Virus record (IMG/VR): IMGVR_UViG_3300045988_117710
Reading direction: 5' to 3' (one strand)
DNA length: 64,000 nucleotides
Origin: a virus
In this document: in pieces, positions 62,086-64,000 of the stretch
Layout of the letters: each line of letters starts with the position of its first letter
Numbering within the stretch: the first letter of the stretch is position 1
Translations under genes and position numbers: made by a program
The notes under the pieces: model-generated
The model's input: only the letters and a program-made list of their open reading frames with translations
Told to the model about the DNA's origin: nothing
Databases searched by the model: none

Positions 62086-63258
62086 ATGTTGAAAAGTTTA
62101 AAAGGTAAAGTTATTACAGCTGAGTCAGTTTCAGTAGGACATCCAGATAGTTACATGGATTATGTTGTTAACAGTTGTTTGGATGCAGTTATGGGAGCAG
62201 ATCCTAGTGCCAGATTTGCTTGTGATGGTGTTGCGAAGGATAAGAAAGTAGTTCTTGCTGGTGAGATTACTACAACTAATGAAAATCTTAAAGAATTACT
62301 TAAGTCTACTGTTTTAGAAGCAACTAAAGAAGTAGGATATGAATGGGAACCAGAAGTTCAATTAGAAGTTTATCAACAATCACCTGATATTGCATTAGGT
62401 ACTAATGATGGTATGGGTGAACAACTTGGAGCTTCTGACCAAGGAACTCAATCTGGTTATGCTTGTAATGAAACTGATGAATACTATCCATTAGTTAAAG
62501 CAGTGGCTGATGAATTAGTTAGAGAATTATTCTTCAAGTTCAAACATGGAGAATTTAAAGATGCGAAAGCAGATATTAAAACTCAAGTTACTATTGATTA
62601 TACAGGAGATGTTCCTAAAGCAAAGACAGTTGTAGTTGCTGCAAGTCATGCTGAAGATTTCAATGAACCTGAATTCAAGATGTTTATTCAAAGAGAAGCA
62701 ATTACTATTCTAGAAAGATTTGGTGTAGATGCTTCTGATGTAAGATTTATTATTAATGGAACTGGTAAATTTACTATCTATGGTCCTATTGGAGATTCTG
62801 GTGAAGTTGGTCGTAAGATAGTTGTAGATGCTTATGGATTACATCCACTTGCTACTGTTGGTGGAGGTACATATAATGGTAAGTATGCTGGTCATGTTGA
62901 TCGTGTTGCTGCTTATGGATGTCGTTATCTAGCAAAGAATATAGTAGCTGCTGGGTTAGCTGATGAATGTCGTATTGATGTTGCTTATTGTATTGGTATT
63001 TCTGAACCAATGTCTGTAAGATTTGATTTCAATGGAACTGCTCATATAGATGAAGAAACAATTATTGCTAAGGCATTAGAATTATTTAGCTTTACTCCAT
63101 ATAACTTAAGAAAGATGTTCACAATGGGTGATTTTGCAACTGCTGGATTAATGTGTCACTTTGGTGAGACTAATAAGTTAAGTTTACACAATGGTGAACC
63201 TGTTGCAATTCCATGGGAGCAATTAGATTTAGTTGATGAATTAAAGAAACTTGTATAA
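62086..63258 (+). CDS. metK: S-adenosylmethionine synthetase (MetK) homolog
   Basis: ESVSVGHPD matches SESVSEGHPDK. GEITT is present. [12 protein letters not shown] matches [19 protein letters not shown] matches [42 protein letters not shown] matches [35 protein letters not shown]. Confidence 0.85.
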   Translation: [390 protein letters not shown]

Positions 63259-63271
63259 AGTTTCTTTTTTA
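63243..63271. terminator. intrinsic terminator
   Basis: aaagaaact-tgtataa-agtttcttt hairpin, which includes the metK stop, then T6. Confidence 0.6.
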
Positions 63272-63301
63272 TTGCAAAAGTGTTGTGTTTTTTATTTTGT
63301 T

Positions 63302-63311
63302 ATCGTATAAT
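63302..63311 (+). promoter_or_regulatory. class-A promoter-like motif ATCGTATAAT
   Basis: 12 nt before the GAGAGGAGG RBS. Confidence 0.45.
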
Positions 63312-63336
63312 ACTATCGAGAGGAGGATTGAACCCT

Positions 63337-63606
63337 ATGTATAAACATGATGATACTGTTAGAGATAAAGTTATGAGAGTTGTTGATAGTGTAACTCATC
63401 AAGGTATTGGTGGTCAGACTATTACTCTAGAGTTTGGGTTATCTTGTAATGAAGTATTCGATCAGTCTATGTCAGGGAACTGGGCTTGTTTGAATTTCAC
63501 AGATAGAAGAGAAGACTTTGATTGTAACTTCCCACATAAACTTTATTATGGTAAGGTTAATGGTTTAGGTTACGTTGTAGCCGAAGATGAATTGGAGGAA
63601 GTTTAA
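63337..63606 (+). CDS. hypothetical protein
   Basis: Start ATG 63337 (MYKHDD...) after GAGGAGG. The track ORF begins at 63280, inside the promoter. Confidence 0.4.
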   Translation: MYKHDDTVRDKVMRVVDSVTHQGIGGQTITLEFGLSCNEVFDQSMSGNWACLNFTDRREDFDCNFPHKLYYGKVNGLGYVVAEDELEEV

Positions 63607-64000
63607 TGGCAAAGAATTTTTATTTCAATGGTGATTTAGGTGACGCTATTGATGATTTTGTAAATAATATAATGAAAGATGTTGAGGATTTAGTTGACCA
63701 AGAGTCTGTTAATAATAAGGTTAGAGAATTTCAAGCCATTATAACAGATTCTGGACTATCTGCTGCTCAGAATTCTTATCGTAAGAAGAGAGAATCTAAT
63801 AAGAGTCAAGTTAAGAAGACTAAGAAACAAACTAATGTTATTAATAGTTCGTTTAGTTATTCTTCAAAATCTGATGATAAGGGAACTGATATTAATTTTA
63901 GAAAGAATACAGATATTAATTTGAGTATGTCTTTATTGAAATGGTTTCAGATAGTTCTTTTGGTTAATCTTATATTCTCTCTTAAAGAGGATTATGGGTT
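63606..64000 (+). CDS. hypothetical protein, 3'-truncated at window end
   Basis: ATG 63606 overlaps the upstream stop (TAATG). The frame is open to the last base. Begins MAKNFYFNGDLGDAIDDFVNN. Confidence 0.4.
   Translation, partial: MAKNFYFNGDLGDAIDDFVNNIMKDVEDLVDQESVNNKVREFQAIITDSGLSAAQNSYRKKRESNKSQVKKTKKQTNVINSSFSYSSKSDDKGTDINFRKNTDINLSMSLLKWFQIVLLVNLIFSLKEDYG

Noticed and set aside
26253-63336. Upstream extensions of track ORFs (26253, 31033, 40291, 48290, 49683, 53813, 61598, 63280, 4191, 6585, 19986, 21082, 23555, 3526)
   Set aside because: The extended starts fall inside terminator hairpins or promoter motifs, or use TTG/GTG without an RBS. In each case an internal ATG with a well-spaced GGAGG-type RBS is the better start. 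For the leader family, that ATG is the one beginning the conserved MNKLFES leader.
1-64000. Integrase, repressor or attachment-site features suggesting a prophage
   Set aside because: No tyrosine or serine recombinase motif and no divergently transcribed regulatory region. All genes are on one strand and a T4-like replication and recombination machinery is present, consistent with a virulent phage.

Overview
This 64-kb window is a contiguous stretch of a large, very AT-rich (~30% GC) virulent tailed phage genome, probably a myovirus infecting a low-GC Gram-positive host. All ~75 credible genes lie on the + strand with short spacers and frequent ATGA/TAATG coupling. No integrase, tRNA or CRISPR is present. 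Every minus-strand ORF in the track looks like an antisense artefact of AT-rich coding sequence. Recognisable modules are: T4-like baseplate proteins (gp25/W-like, gp6/J-like); a replication block (DnaB-like helicase, clamp-loader AAA+, family A DNA polymerase with 3'-5' exonuclease, DnaG-type primase, HU-like protein); large terminase and a putative portal; SSB and Mre11/SbcD nuclease; a GH25-SH3b endolysin; tail sheath and a T4 gp19-like tail tube; and a recombination/metabolic island (RecA/UvsX-like, Hjc-like resolvase, MetK-like SAM synthetase). Transcription is punctuated by intrinsic terminator hairpins followed by one of two conserved AT-rich promoter-like motifs: TTCGTATAAT, mainly before replication and accessory genes, and TATATATT-N(0-6)-TAGTA/TAGAA, before virion, lysis and packaging genes. 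The main candidate for an undescribed system is a seven-member family of otherwise divergent proteins (103 to 1076 aa). All start with the same leader, MNKLFESVDNLFES, which contains two Leu-x-Glu motifs; this is conserved at the DNA level too. The family forms two clusters, one just upstream of the terminase and one just upstream of the tail sheath, each behind a late-type promoter. It pairs with a 1277-aa protein that has an HK97-family prohead serine protease domain at its N-terminus. The leader therefore looks like a capsid-targeting propeptide marking a set of packaged, possibly host-injected, proteins, analogous to the T4 internal-protein capsid-targeting sequence (CTS) system. Other unusual cargo: a phage GroEL-like chaperonin with no GroES, a LuxS homolog together with MetK (two enzymes of the activated-methyl cycle), a GT8 glycosyltransferase, a ParB-like/SWIM zinc-finger protein, and a compositionally foreign gene upstream of the RecA-like gene. 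No major capsid protein was identified in the window; it may lie outside it.
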